A DNA stretch of 64,000 bases from Candidatus Latescibacterota bacterium (GTDB lineage Bacteria; Latescibacterota; UBA2968; UBA8231). Position numbers and translations under genes: made by a program. Positions 1-10,284 of this stretch are shown one piece after another (the first letter of the stretch is position 1; each line of letters opens with the position of its first letter). The stretch covers positions 3,456,001 through 3,520,000 of the forward strand of contig OZ244561.1 in NCBI GenBank assembly GCA_965217585.1, given 5' to 3'. Below the pieces are notes generated by a model. It made no database searches. It saw only the letters and a list, made by a program, of their open reading frames with translations, and was not told where the DNA came from.

Positions 1-2
1 TT

Positions 3-914
3 GGCCCCTATACGCACTACCTAGCCGACAAAGGGCAATTGGCGACGTTTTATCAGGACTATCGACAACGCGCCGCCGCTGGTTGGATTACCGACTGCCG
101 CGACTCGCCGCTGGCCAGCGCGGACTTTGAGGATGCCTATATCGGCCGTCGCGCTGCCGAGTGGATCGCCCATGTGCCCGACGACTTTCCTTGGCACTAC
201 TTCGTCAGCTTTGTCGGCCCGCACGACCCCTTTGACCCGCCCACCGAATATGGCGACCGCTACCGCGACGCGGCGATGCCCCCGGTCATCAGCGACTCCC
301 TCGCTGGCAAACCCGAGTGGATCAAAAGACGCGCCGCAGAATTCACTCCCGACCAAATCACCCAAACCCGTCGCCAATACTGCGCCGCAACCGAACTCAT
401 CGACGACCAGATCGGCCAGATCCTCGACGCGCTCGAAAAACGCGGCCAACTCGACAACACCTATATCGTCTTCGCCTCCGACCACGGCGAACTGCTCGGC
501 GACCACGGGCTGTACACCAAGAGCGCCGCCTACGAGGCCAGCCTGCGCGTACCGCTGATTATCGCCGGGCCGAATATCGCCGGAGGCCGCGTCTGTGATG
601 CGCTGTGCGAACTCATCGATCTCAACGCTACGATATGTGATTTTGCCCAGCTCGCGCCGCAGCAAGACATCGACGCCCGCTCGCTACAACCGGTCCTCAA
701 CGGTCAGACCGACACTCACCGCCAAGAGACCGTTGCCGCCCTGAACAACTTCCGCTGCATTCGCACGGCTACCCACAAATACATCCAGAATTACAACGAC
801 TGCGGAGAACTCTACGACCTCGAGCAGGACCCCGACGAGTTGCACAACATCACCGCCACTGCTCCCGCTATGGTCGCGGATCTCGCGCGCCGCTTGCGCC
901 GTCGTCTGGGCTGA
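3..914 (+). CDS. Sulfatase family hydrolase (choline-sulfatase-like), 5'-truncated by the window edge
   Basis: Frame is open from position 3; motifs PHDPFD, SDHGELLGDHGL, YEASLRVPLII, ELYDL..DPDELHN. Confidence 0.9.
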   Translation, partial: GPYTHYLADKGQLATFYQDYRQRAAAGWITDCRDSPLASADFEDAYIGRRAAEWIAHVPDDFPWHYFVSFVGPHDPFDPPTEYGDRYRDAAMPPVISDSLAGKPEWIKRRAAEFTPDQITQTRRQYCAATELIDDQIGQILDALEKRGQLDNTYIVFASDHGELLGDHGLYTKSAAYEASLRVPLIIAGPNIAGGRVCDALCELIDLNATICDFAQLAPQQDIDARSLQPVLNGQTDTHRQETVAALNNFRCIRTATHKYIQNYNDCGELYDLEQDPDELHNITATAPAMVADLARRLRRRLG

Positions 915-929
915 GGCGGAAACATAGAA

Positions 930-954
930 GGGCACCCACAAGGGGTGCCCCTAC
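930..954 (-). repeat. GTAG-type REP-like palindrome, copy 1
   Basis: Minus strand GTAGGGGCACCCCTTGTGGGTGCCC. Confidence 0.75.
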
Positions 955-1000
955 ACACTGGCTGCTCAACAGCGCGACGAATTGATCGTGATTCCTATTT

Positions 1001-1025
1001 GGGTACCCACAAGGGGTGCCCCTAC
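1001..1025 (-). repeat. GTAG-type REP-like palindrome, copy 2 (overlaps the stop codon of the RraA-family gene)
   Basis: Minus strand GTAGGGGCACCCCTTGTGGGTACCC, 1 mismatch to copy 1. Confidence 0.75.
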
Positions 1026-1723
1026 GGTTGCTTTGTTTTCCAGGCCTGGTACTCGGCCAAGGTCTGCTCGTCAGGGGGATAGGTGCCGACGATACTAGCT
1101 CCGGCGCGGATTTTCTCGGTGATGAAGCGCTCTTTCTTTTCCATCTCCTCGGCCTCGATGGCGACCTCCTCGGCCAGGTGCGCGGGTATGACCACGATCC
1201 CTTCTCCGTCGCCGACGAGGATGTCGCCGGGGAATACCGCCACGCCACCGCAGGCGATGGGCACTTGGATTTCGCTGGGGTGGTGGATGGTCTTGTTGGT
1301 GTGGGCGTTCATGGCCGCCGCGTATGCGGGCAACCCCGACGCGGCAATGGTCGGCGAGTCGCGATAGGCCCCATCGGTGACGATCCCCGCACAGCCGCGC
1401 ACTTGCAGCCGCGCCGCTAGGATGGACCCCATAGTTCCGGCGCGGGTGTCGCCGCGTGCATCAATGACAAACACGTCGCCTGCGGTCACCTGCTCAATGC
1501 CGACTCGCTGCACGTCTTTCAGGTTGTCCAGTGGAACCTCGTCGAGGTCTTCGCGCGCCGGTATGTAGCGCAATGTAAAGGCCCGGCCGACCATCTGCAT
1601 ATCGGGCTTGAGGGGTGCGACTTGGTGCATAAACGTGTTGTGCAGCCCCTTGTTGCGCAGCACGGACGTCAGGGTCGCGGTGCTAGCCACTTTTAGTTTT
1701 TCGCTCAATTCGGCAAAATCCAC
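1022..1723 (-). CDS. RraA family / HMG-aldolase-like protein
   Basis: GRAFTLRY, GIVTDGAYRD, GGVAVFPGDILVGDGEGIVVIP. Confidence 0.88.
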   Translation of the reverse strand: MDFAELSEKLKVASTATLTSVLRNKGLHNTFMHQVAPLKPDMQMVGRAFTLRYIPAREDLDEVPLDNLKDVQRVGIEQVTAGDVFVIDARGDTRAGTMGSILAARLQVRGCAGIVTDGAYRDSPTIAASGLPAYAAAMNAHTNKTIHHPSEIQVPIACGGVAVFPGDILVGDGEGIVVIPAHLAEEVAIEAEEMEKKERFITEKIRAGASIVGTYPPDEQTLAEYQAWKTKQP

Positions 1724-1735
1724 AATTCGCTCCTT

Positions 1736-2794
1736 TCAGCGTATCCGCCCGCGGGCGTCAACCGGCCAGACGGCTTCCACTCGGTCGCCACGCACGGCAA
1801 AGATTTGGTCGTGTTCGTTGAAACAGGGGCAGGGATGAACCGGCAAGACTTGCACCTGTTCGCCGATTTGGGGCTTGTCGTCGCAGGCCGATAGATCGAC
1901 CTGCCCGTGTTCCTCCGAGGCCCCGGAGAAGATGGCTTGGGGGTACTCGACGATGTGCCCCATGATGAATGAACCGTCTTCCCCGCGATGGACCGCTGCA
2001 CTGAGCGACTTACTGCCCCCGTCGAGGATGGCGCGGTCCGCGGCTGGCCGGCTGACTACGGTCATCAGCACCCGGCCAGCGCACTGACCGACGCTATGGG
2101 TTCCCCGGCGGAGATGGTGGACGCCGCCGACTGGGTACTCGCCGGCCCGGTACTCGGTCAGCTCGGGGATCTCGTGCGCCTTGAACGCGCCCGGCGTGCT
2201 GCCGCCGCTGACGATGGGATGCGGCAGGCCCTTGCGGTCGAAATGCGCGAGCGTCTCTTGGATTAGCGGCCGCATATCTGGAGGCGCTGGCATGGACATG
2301 ATGCCCCGGAGTTCGATGTTGGGGGCCTGATCGATTTTTTCGCCTAAGGCAGCCGCCGCCGCGGGCGAGCCTACCCCCGTGCGACCGCGGTCGAGTTCGA
2401 CGACCACGCCCAAGGTGACATCCGCTTCTGCAGCGGCCGCGGCTAGCCCCTGCACGGTGTATTCGGAATCAGCCGCCACCGTCAGTCGGGTGTCCCGCGC
2501 CAGCGCAACTAGCCGCGCCAGCTTTTGCGCGCCGATGATGTTGTAGGGAATCAGGATGTCGCGATCGACCCCGCCCGCTGCCATGACCTCGGCCTCCCCG
2601 AGCTTCTGGCAGGTGATGCCCATGCCCCCACGGCGCATTTGCAGATGGGCGATGGCCACGCATTTGTGGGTCTTGATGTGGGGCCGCAAGCCAATGCCGT
2701 GCTCGTCAAAGTAGCGTTGGTAGCGGTCGAGGTTGTCCTCCAAGCCGTCGAGATCGACGAGGAGGGCGGGCGTGTCGAGGTCTTCTATGTGCAT
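1736..2794 (-). CDS. PLP-dependent DSD1 / D-threonine aldolase family protein (alanine racemase fold)
   Basis: DTPALLVD, LRPHIKTHK (PLP Lys), DGGSKSL, SEEHG, PVHPC; start set at MHIEDL. Confidence 0.88.
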   Translation of the reverse strand: MHIEDLDTPALLVDLDGLEDNLDRYQRYFDEHGIGLRPHIKTHKCVAIAHLQMRRGGMGITCQKLGEAEVMAAGGVDRDILIPYNIIGAQKLARLVALARDTRLTVAADSEYTVQGLAAAAAEADVTLGVVVELDRGRTGVGSPAAAAALGEKIDQAPNIELRGIMSMPAPPDMRPLIQETLAHFDRKGLPHPIVSGGSTPGAFKAHEIPELTEYRAGEYPVGGVHHLRRGTHSVGQCAGRVLMTVVSRPAADRAILDGGSKSLSAAVHRGEDGSFIMGHIVEYPQAIFSGASEEHGQVDLSACDDKPQIGEQVQVLPVHPCPCFNEHDQIFAVRGDRVEAVWPVDARGRIR

Positions 2795-2896
2795 AGTGGC
2801 CTTTCCTGAGTGAAGGTGGGAGCCGCGGCGATAAAATAGCAAACCAATCCCGCCGCAGAAATTGACGCGCTTAGGTCCCGTGCCTTTTGTTGCAAG

Positions 2897-3421
2897 ATGC
2901 CCATCGATCTCCAACCCTCCACGCCCGTCGCACTAGTCTGCGCGATATTGGCCGATTCCGCTGATACGCTCGCCGCGGCCCAAGAACGCCTCGCCGAATG
3001 CTTCGGTCCTCTGCGCACGGCCAGTGCTATCTATGATTTTGATTTTACCTCGTATTACGAAGCGGAAATGGGCGCGGGATTGTGCAAACAGCTCGTGTGC
3101 TTTGCCGAGCGGATTGACCCCGCCGAACTGGCGGCTGTCAAGGCGCAGACCATGGCGCTGGAGCGGGCGATGAGCCGAGGGCGGTGCCGCCGCGCCAATA
3201 TCGACCCAGGACTGCTGTCGATCGAGAGCTTGGTGTTGGCCACGACCAAGTGCGCTGGCCATCGCATCTGTATTGCCCCGCAACTCTACGCCGAGGTGAC
3301 CCTGCTCTATCAGCGGGGACGCTATCGGCCTTTGGAATGGACGTATCCCGACTACCGGGACGATGCGGTGCAGCGTTTCTTGCTCGATGTGCGGCCTTGG
3401 TTGCTAGCGGTGCGCGGCTGA
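2897..3421 (+). CDS. DUF4416 family protein
   Basis: FTSYYEAEMG, RRANIDPG, LATTK..HRI, WTYPDY. Confidence 0.8.
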   Translation: MPIDLQPSTPVALVCAILADSADTLAAAQERLAECFGPLRTASAIYDFDFTSYYEAEMGAGLCKQLVCFAERIDPAELAAVKAQTMALERAMSRGRCRRANIDPGLLSIESLVLATTKCAGHRICIAPQLYAEVTLLYQRGRYRPLEWTYPDYRDDAVQRFLLDVRPWLLAVRG

Positions 3422-3423
3422 GG

Positions 3424-4554
3424 TCAGCCCCGCTCGCCGAGCGGGACAAACGCGCGGTGTTCTGGCCCGGTGTAGATGTGGTTGGGGCGGATGAGCCGAT
3501 TGGCGTCGTGCTGTTCGATCACGTGCGCCGCCCAGCCCACCACGCGGCTGGCCACGAAGATGGGGGTGTAGAGCGGGATCGGGATGTCCATCATGTAGTA
3601 GGTGTACGCGCAGGGGAAATCGACGTTGGGGAAGATGCCTTTTTCGCGCATCATCGTCGCTTCGACCACGTCGGCTAGGTCCGGCCACTTGGTGTCGCCG
3701 ACGGCCGCGGCGACTTGGCGGCCAACCTTCTTCATCGTCGGCACCCGCGAATCGCCGCTTTTGTATTCCCGATGTCCAAAGCCCATGATCTTCTTCTTTT
3801 GCGCCAGCGCGTCGAGGACCCACTGCTCGGCCGCCGCGGGCGAATCTACCTCCAAGAGCATGTGCATGGCCGCCTCGTTGGCACCGCCGTGCAAAGGGCC
3901 GTGCAGGGCGCCGATGGCCGCGGTCATGGCGGCGTACAGGTCGGCGAGGGTTGAGGCTACGACCCGGGCGGTAAATGTGGAGGCGTTGTACCCGTGCTCG
4001 GCGTAGAGGATCAGCGAAGTGTTCATGGCCTCTGCTTCGTACGCGGGCGGTTTTTCGCCGCGCAGCATGAAGAGCAAATTGGCCGCGTGGTCTAGGTCTG
4101 CGTTGGGTTCTATGGGCGCGAGGTTTTGCGAGAAGCGATAGCCATAGGCGAGCGCGGTGGGAATTTTGGCCAGCAAGCGCACGGCTTTGCGCACATTAGC
4201 TGCGTGGCTGTTGTCGGGGGTCTCGGCGTCGAAAAACGCCAGTGCTGACACGGCCGTGCGCAACAGGTCCATGGGGTGGGCGTCCGTCGGGGCGGAGCGC
4301 AATAGCTCGACCACCGGGCCGGGCAGGTCGCGCTGCGAGCGCAGTTGTTGGTTGAACTCCGCCAACTCGGCGACCGTCGGCAACTCGCCGTAGAGCAGCA
4401 GATAGGCGACTTCTTCGTAGCGGGCGTTCTCGGTCAGTTCGACTAGGTCGTAGCCATATAGGATCAGGCGGTTGATATCGATATCAATGCGCGAAAGGGC
4501 CGATTCACCGGCGATCACTCCTTCTAGCCCGGGGCTGTAGGCTTTGTCGGTCAT
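3424..4554 (-). CDS. prpC: 2-methylcitrate synthase / citrate synthase
   Basis: YAEHGYNASTF, GPLHGGANE, GFGHREYK, PNVDF; adjacent to prpB. Confidence 0.88.
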   Translation of the reverse strand: MTDKAYSPGLEGVIAGESALSRIDIDINRLILYGYDLVELTENARYEEVAYLLLYGELPTVAELAEFNQQLRSQRDLPGPVVELLRSAPTDAHPMDLLRTAVSALAFFDAETPDNSHAANVRKAVRLLAKIPTALAYGYRFSQNLAPIEPNADLDHAANLLFMLRGEKPPAYEAEAMNTSLILYAEHGYNASTFTARVVASTLADLYAAMTAAIGALHGPLHGGANEAAMHMLLEVDSPAAAEQWVLDALAQKKKIMGFGHREYKSGDSRVPTMKKVGRQVAAAVGDTKWPDLADVVEATMMREKGIFPNVDFPCAYTYYMMDIPIPLYTPIFVASRVVGWAAHVIEQHDANRLIRPNHIYTGPEHRAFVPLGERG

Positions 4555-4617
4555 GCTGTATGTCTCTCTATGGGAAGTGTTGGTCGTGGGAAATTTTGCT
4601 TCATGTTAGCTGATAAC

Positions 4618-5529
4618 TCAGCGGTTTTCTCCGTTCGCTGGAAAGCGGGCGGCCAACGCCGCGTCCAGTTTGGTGTACTCGTCGTAGCCGAGTAGTTCGT
4701 AGAGTTCGTCTCGCGTCTGCATCTGTCCGAGGGAATCCTTGAGGGTGCCCTTTTCCTTCAGTTCGAGGAACAGCCCTTCGACGGCCTTCATCATCGCGCG
4801 GAACGCGCTCAGCGGGAAAATTACGAGGCGGTATCCCATGGCGGCAAACTCTGCAACCGATAGGTACGGCGATTTGCCGAATTCGGTCATGTTGGCGAGG
4901 AGCGGGCCTTTGACTTGCTCGGCGTAGCGGGCGAATTCCTCGGCGCTCTGCATGGCTTCGGGAAAGACGGCGTCTGCGCCGGCTGCCAAGTAGCGTTGGC
5001 CGCGCTCGACGCTTTGCGCAAAGCCCTCGACGGCGCGGGCGTCGCAGCGGGCGATGATCACAAAGTCCGGATCTTGCCGCGCCGTGCAGGCGGCGGCGAT
5101 CTTGCGCTCCATTTCCTCGATCCCGATCAGGGCCTTGCCGTCGAGGTGGCCGCAGCGCTTGGGCATAACTTGGTCCTCTAAGTGCAACCCGGCCAAGCCC
5201 TCGCGCTCGTAAGTGCGCACCGTGCGCATCACCTGCCAGATCTCGCCAAACCCGGTATCCGCATCGCAGATGCAGGGCACTTGCACCGCGTTGGCAATAT
5301 AGCCGGCTTGGCGGGCCATTTCGTCCATGCCCAACAGGCCGACGTCCGGGTAGCCGGCCGTGCTGTTGGCCAGGCCAGCGCCGGAAATGTACACGGCCTC
5401 GAACCCGGTGCGCTCGGCCAGCATGGCCACGGGCGCGTTGAAGGCCCCGGGCAAGGTCAGGGTCTTGGTGGCCATCAGGCGGCGCAAGGCGCACGGCTTG
5501 GACTCGGCGGGTGCAGGCTTGAGTAGCAT
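4618..5529 (-). CDS. prpB: Methylisocitrate lyase
   Basis: DADTGFG, EDQ..PKRCGHLDGK, LANMTEFGKSP. Confidence 0.93.
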   Translation of the reverse strand: MLLKPAPAESKPCALRRLMATKTLTLPGAFNAPVAMLAERTGFEAVYISGAGLANSTAGYPDVGLLGMDEMARQAGYIANAVQVPCICDADTGFGEIWQVMRTVRTYEREGLAGLHLEDQVMPKRCGHLDGKALIGIEEMERKIAAACTARQDPDFVIIARCDARAVEGFAQSVERGQRYLAAGADAVFPEAMQSAEEFARYAEQVKGPLLANMTEFGKSPYLSVAEFAAMGYRLVIFPLSAFRAMMKAVEGLFLELKEKGTLKDSLGQMQTRDELYELLGYDEYTKLDAALAARFPANGENR

Positions 5530-5532
5530 GGC

Positions 5533-6813
5533 TCAGGCGAGGGGGATGGTGGCTTCGCGCTCCGGCCCTACGGAAATCAGGGAGATCGGTGCCCGGCTCA
5601 GTTCGGCGACCCGTTCCACGTAAGCCTGCGCCTTTGGCGGTAGGTCGTCGAAGCGGCGCGCGTGAGTAGTTGGCGCACACCAGCCCTCGACTTCCTCGTA
5701 GATTGGCTCGCACAGCTCTAGGACTTGCGGGTCGGCGGGGAACTCCTCCAGCACTTGGTCGCCGCAGCGGTAGCCAATGCCCAGCTTGAGGTGGTCGCAT
5801 TGGTCGAGTACGTCGAGCCGAGTCAGGGCGATGCTGGTCAGGCCGTTGATGCGGGCCGAGACCCGCAAGATGGCGGCGTCGAACCAGCCGCAGCGCCGCG
5901 GTCGGCCGGTGGTGGCTCCGAACTCGCGGCCTAAGCCGCGCAGACGCTCGCCCTCTTCCCCTAATAACTCGGTGGGAAAGGGCCCGTTGCCCACCCGCGT
6001 GGTGTACGCTTTGGCCACGCCGACGACCTCGGCGATCCGCGTGGGACCGATGCCGGTGCCGGTGCAGGCCCCACCCGCAGTAGTGTTCGAGGAGGTGACG
6101 TAGGGATAGGTGCCGTGGTCGATGTCGAGTAAGGTTCCTTGCGCCCCTTCGCAGAGGACCGTTTTGCCTTGGTCGAGGGTTTGGTTGAGCAGGACCGAGG
6201 TGTCGGCAACGTATGGGGCGAGCCGCTCGCCGTAGCGGATGTACGCGTCGATGATAGGACCGACCTCCAGCGGCTCTTGTCCGAAGACCTTGGTCAGGAT
6301 CTCGTTTTTGGCGCGAATACTGGCCCGGAGCTTGTCGCGCAAACGCGCCGGGTCGCACAAATCCATGACGCGCACCCCGTGGCTGCGCTCGACTTTGTCG
6401 CGGTAAGCCGGGCCAATGCCGCGGCCGGTCGTGCCGATGGCGACGCCGTTTTCGCTCTCCTCCCCGGCCTTTTCCAAGACCTTGTGGTAAGGCATTACGA
6501 CGTGGGCAACTTGGCTGACGAAGAAGCGGCCGGCCACTGAAAAGCCCTTGGTCTCCAACTCGGCAATCTCATCGAGCATGATGGCTGGATCGACGACCAC
6601 CCCGTTGCCCACCACGCAGATTTTATCCTCGTGCATGATGCCCGAGGGAATGGTGTGGAAGATGAACTCGGTGGAGTCGGTGACGACCGTGTGGCCGGCG
6701 TTGGCCCCTCCCTGATAGCGCACCACCACATCGGCTGCGGGTGTGAGATAATCGACGACTTTGGCCTTGCCTTCGTCGCCCCACTGCGCTCCTAATACTA
6801 TTTTCGCGGGCAT
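5533..6813 (-). CDS. purA: Adenylosuccinate synthetase
   Basis: GAQWGDEGKAK, GGANAGHT, EGAQG, TTGRPRRCGW. Confidence 0.98.
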   Translation of the reverse strand: MPAKIVLGAQWGDEGKAKVVDYLTPAADVVVRYQGGANAGHTVVTDSTEFIFHTIPSGIMHEDKICVVGNGVVVDPAIMLDEIAELETKGFSVAGRFFVSQVAHVVMPYHKVLEKAGEESENGVAIGTTGRGIGPAYRDKVERSHGVRVMDLCDPARLRDKLRASIRAKNEILTKVFGQEPLEVGPIIDAYIRYGERLAPYVADTSVLLNQTLDQGKTVLCEGAQGTLLDIDHGTYPYVTSSNTTAGGACTGTGIGPTRIAEVVGVAKAYTTRVGNGPFPTELLGEEGERLRGLGREFGATTGRPRRCGWFDAAILRVSARINGLTSIALTRLDVLDQCDHLKLGIGYRCGDQVLEEFPADPQVLELCEPIYEEVEGWCAPTTHARRFDDLPPKAQAYVERVAELSRAPISLISVGPEREATIPLA

Positions 6814-6828
6814 TGTGTACTCCCGTTC

Positions 6829-8409
6829 TTAAAGACTGACTTGTTTGGCCCAGGAGATGTACTCCCGAGAGAGAATATCGTCAACTACGTCGGTGGTGAT
6901 CGGGTCATCGACGTTGAGGATGGTCAGGGCTTGGCCGCCCATTTGGCGACGCCCGCACGACATTTGGGCGATGTTGACATTGTGGCTGCCCATGACCGTG
7001 CCGATTTGGCCGATGATGCCCGGGACATCATCGTTGATGTAAAAGAGCATGTGCCCCTCTGGGACGGCGTCGAAAATGTACTCGTCGAGGTGTACGAGGC
7101 GCGGGTCGCTCTTGCCGAAGATCGTGCCCGCGAGCAGGCGCTGCCCCTTGTTGGTGTGATACACCACGGTGATGAGACTGGCGTAGTCCTCGTGCTCGCT
7201 GCTGAGCCGCTCATCGACTTGCACGCCGCGCTCCTGCGCGAAGAGCAGCGCATTGACCACATTGACTGACGCGTCCGAGACGGTCTCCATAATGCCCTTG
7301 AGTACGGCCGAGGTCAGCGGCGAGGTCGGGTAGGCAGTGACGTCGCCTTGGTATTCGATGGTGATGCGCTCTAGCTGTCCCGCGCCGAGTTGGGCTTGTA
7401 GGCGACCTAGCCGCTCGGCCAGCACGAGGTAGGGCTGTAGTTTGCCGTGGATCTCGGGATCAACCGAAGGGGCGTTGACCGCGTTGCGAATGACGCGGCC
7501 CATCAGCACGTCGCCGACCTGTTCGGCCACCTGCAAGGCGACATTGGCTTGGGCTTCCTTGGTGGAGGCGGCCAAGTGCGGCGTGCAGATCACGCGGTCG
7601 TCAACCAAGAGGTCCACGAGGGTCGGCGGCTCCTCCTCGAAGACGTCTAAGGCGGCACCGGCTACCTTGCCCGAGGCCAAGCCGCGCAGGAGGGCGTCCT
7701 CGTCAATGATGCCGCCGCGGGCGCAATTGATTAGATAGACCCCGTCTTTACACTGAGCGATCTCGGCGTCGGAAATCAGGTGCCGGGTCTGGTCGCTGAG
7801 ATGGGTGTGGACGGTGATAAAATCCGCGGTAGCGTAGATCTCGTCGAGGGGCGCGAGATGTGCGCCGCAGGAGAGGGCGACCTCTTGGCCGATATAGGGA
7901 TCGTAGCCGAGGACTTTCATGTGAAAGGCCGCCGCGCGCGCGGCCACTTCCCTCCCCACTTGGCCCAAGCCGACCACAGCGAGGGTCTTGCCGGCCAGCT
8001 CGACGCCGACGAATTGGCTCCGTTCCCACAGCCCCCTTTTAAGCGAGGCCGTCGCCTGCGGGATGTGCCGCGCAAGGGAGGCTATGAGCGCGAAGGTGTG
8101 CTCGGCGGTCGATAGGGAATTGCCGCCCGGGGTATTCATGACGATGACGCCGTGGCGGGTTGCCGCCTCTACGTCGATGTTGTCGAAGCCCGTGCCGGCG
8201 CGGCCAATGACCCGGAGGCGCGGCGCGGCGGCGAGCACCTCGGCCGTCACTTTGGTCGCGCTGCGCACGACGAGTCCCTCGTAGTCGCCGATGCAGTCTA
8301 TGAGCGCGCTCGGCGACAACCCGCTGCGCACGTCAACTGCGATCCCGTCATTGGCTTCGAGGATCTCGACGCAGCGGGGGTCCATCTTGTCGCTGATCAG
8401 TACTTTCAT
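6829..8409 (-). CDS. serA: D-3-phosphoglycerate dehydrogenase (long form, ASB+ACT)
   Basis: RAGTGFDNID, GLGQVG, NCARGG, TPHLAAST, C-terminal ACT (DVPGIIG). Confidence 0.95.
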   Translation of the reverse strand: MKVLISDKMDPRCVEILEANDGIAVDVRSGLSPSALIDCIGDYEGLVVRSATKVTAEVLAAAPRLRVIGRAGTGFDNIDVEAATRHGVIVMNTPGGNSLSTAEHTFALIASLARHIPQATASLKRGLWERSQFVGVELAGKTLAVVGLGQVGREVAARAAAFHMKVLGYDPYIGQEVALSCGAHLAPLDEIYATADFITVHTHLSDQTRHLISDAEIAQCKDGVYLINCARGGIIDEDALLRGLASGKVAGAALDVFEEEPPTLVDLLVDDRVICTPHLAASTKEAQANVALQVAEQVGDVLMGRVIRNAVNAPSVDPEIHGKLQPYLVLAERLGRLQAQLGAGQLERITIEYQGDVTAYPTSPLTSAVLKGIMETVSDASVNVVNALLFAQERGVQVDERLSSEHEDYASLITVVYHTNKGQRLLAGTIFGKSDPRLVHLDEYIFDAVPEGHMLFYINDDVPGIIGQIGTVMGSHNVNIAQMSCGRRQMGGQALTILNVDDPITTDVVDDILSREYISWAKQVSL

Positions 8410-8417
8410 GGTCCTCT

Positions 8418-9011
8418 TTAGGTTGCGTTGCCAACTAGCGCCTCGGCGATCCACCCTGTAATGTCGTCTTGCCCGCGGCCGTCAACCGCCGAGAAGGGCA
8501 CAAAGGAAAGGCCGGCGAGCGATCCTTGGTCATCGAGCTGGTCGAACAGGTGTTGCAACTTATTGTGCGACAGTTTGTCGGCCTTGGTAAAGACCAGCAG
8601 GAAGGGCTTATCGAGCGCGCGCAATTCGTCGATCATCTGCCGGTCCAGATCGGTGGGGCCGCGCCGGGCATCGACGAGCTGCAACACCGCGCACAATGCC
8701 TCGCGATTGGTCATGTAGCTGCGGATGAGTTGGCCGAGCTGTAAGCGCAAACCCACGCCGCCGCGCACGTACCCGTAGCCGGGCAGATCAACTAAGTAGA
8801 ACTGCCCGTTGGCCAGATAGTAGTTTAACTGCTGGGTCTTGCCGGGTACGGTGCTGGTGCGCGCCAGCTTCTTGCGCTGCACCAACCTGTTGATCAGGGA
8901 AGACTTGCCGACGTTGGAGCGGCCCACTAAGGCGATTTCGGGCAAGCCGTCCTTGGGCAGATCGGCCGTGCGGACGGCACTAATTTTGAATTCGGCAGAG
9001 GAAAAGCGCAT
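8418..9011 (-). CDS. engB: Ribosome biogenesis GTPase YihA/YsxC
   Basis: GRSNVGKSS, PGKT, DLPGYG, TKADK; downstream of clpX. Confidence 0.95.
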   Translation of the reverse strand: MRFSSAEFKISAVRTADLPKDGLPEIALVGRSNVGKSSLINRLVQRKKLARTSTVPGKTQQLNYYLANGQFYLVDLPGYGYVRGGVGLRLQLGQLIRSYMTNREALCAVLQLVDARRGPTDLDRQMIDELRALDKPFLLVFTKADKLSHNKLQHLFDQLDDQGSLAGLSFVPFSAVDGRGQDDITGWIAEALVGNAT

Positions 9012-9027
9012 CGCCGGGGTTTGGAGA

Positions 9028-10275
9028 TTAGGCGCGTTTGCGCCGCATCTCTTCGTCTTCGCTGCTGGACCGTGCGATCCCGCTCTCGATCATCTCGCCC
9101 GTAACTTGCAGGCGCGTGACTTCCTCCTGAGAGGGAATATCGAACATGATGTCCATCATAGCCTGCTCTAGGACAGAGCGCAGGCCGCGGGCCCCAGTGC
9201 CCTTGTGAACGGTCAGGGCCACTACCTTGCGCAGGGCTTCCTCTGTGAACTCGACCTCGACTCCATCCATGGCGAAGAGCCGCTGCGACTGCTTGATGAT
9301 GGCGTCGTGCGGCTCGGTGAGGATGCGGAGCAAGTCGTCCTCGATGAGCGCGTCCATGGTGGTGATTACCGGTACGCGGCCGACAAATTCGGGGATCATG
9401 CCGTAGGCGAGCAGATCCTCGGGCTGTACCAGCGGCAATACGTCCGGGGTGTCGAGGCTATTCTCGTCGCCGTCGGCCCCAAAGCCCATGGTGCGCTTGC
9501 CGACCCGTTGGCTGATGACCTTATCCAGCCCCTCGAAGGCCCCGCCGCAGACGAAGAGGATGTTGCGGGTATCCATCTGGATCATCGGCTGCTCAGGGTG
9601 CTTGCGGCCCCCCTTGGGCGGGATGTTGGCGGTGGTGCCCTCCAAAATTTTGAGCAGTGCTTGCTGCACGCCCTCGCCCGACACATCGCGGCCGACCGAA
9701 GGCGCGGCGCTCTTGCGGGCGATCTTGTCAACCTCGTCGAGATAGAGGATGCCCTTTTCAGCGCGGGGCACGTCGTAATCGGCCGCTTGCAAAAGGCCCA
9801 CGAGGATGTTTTCCACGTCCTCGCCCACGTAGCCGGCCTCAGTGAGAATGGTGGCGTCGGCAATGGAGAAGGGGACTTGCAGGAATTTTGCGAGCGTTTT
9901 GGCTAGCTCGGTCTTGCCGGTGCCGGTAGGGCCGATGAGCATTACGTTGCTTTTCTCGAGCTCCACCTCGTCTAAGTCAACTTTGGTGCGAATGCGCTTG
10001 TAGTGATTGTACACGGCGACCGCGAGAATTTTCTTGGCCCGCTCTTGGGCGATCACGTATTCGTCGAGAAAATCCTTGATTTGGGTCGGCTTGGGCATCT
10101 CTGCGGTCTCCCAGGGGAGGGTCTTTTGCCGCTCCTCGGCCAGTACGTTGTTGCACAGCTTGACGCACTCGTTGCAGATGTGGACCTGGGGGCCGGTTAT
10201 GATCTTGTCAACTTGGTTGTGACTGCGCCCGCAGAACGAGCAGCGCGGATCGCTTTGGGGAGGCCGGCGACGCAA
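9028..10275 (-). CDS. clpX: Clp protease ATP-binding subunit ClpX
   Basis: Zn finger [28 protein letters not shown]. Confidence 0.98.
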   Translation of the reverse strand: MRRRPPQSDPRCSFCGRSHNQVDKIITGPQVHICNECVKLCNNVLAEERQKTLPWETAEMPKPTQIKDFLDEYVIAQERAKKILAVAVYNHYKRIRTKVDLDEVELEKSNVMLIGPTGTGKTELAKTLAKFLQVPFSIADATILTEAGYVGEDVENILVGLLQAADYDVPRAEKGILYLDEVDKIARKSAAPSVGRDVSGEGVQQALLKILEGTTANIPPKGGRKHPEQPMIQMDTRNILFVCGGAFEGLDKVISQRVGKRTMGFGADGDENSLDTPDVLPLVQPEDLLAYGMIPEFVGRVPVITTMDALIEDDLLRILTEPHDAIIKQSQRLFAMDGVEVEFTEEALRKVVALTVHKGTGARGLRSVLEQAMMDIMFDIPSQEEVTRLQVTGEMIESGIARSSSEDEEMRRKRA

Positions 10276-10284
10276 AATAGGCTC

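Noticed and set aside
4601-6358. 585-aa alternative-frame ORF, and similar long shadow ORFs (12420-13727, 31191-32525, 35222-36484, 44213-45472)
   Set aside because: They overlap well-supported genes, have no motifs, and are expected in GC-rich DNA
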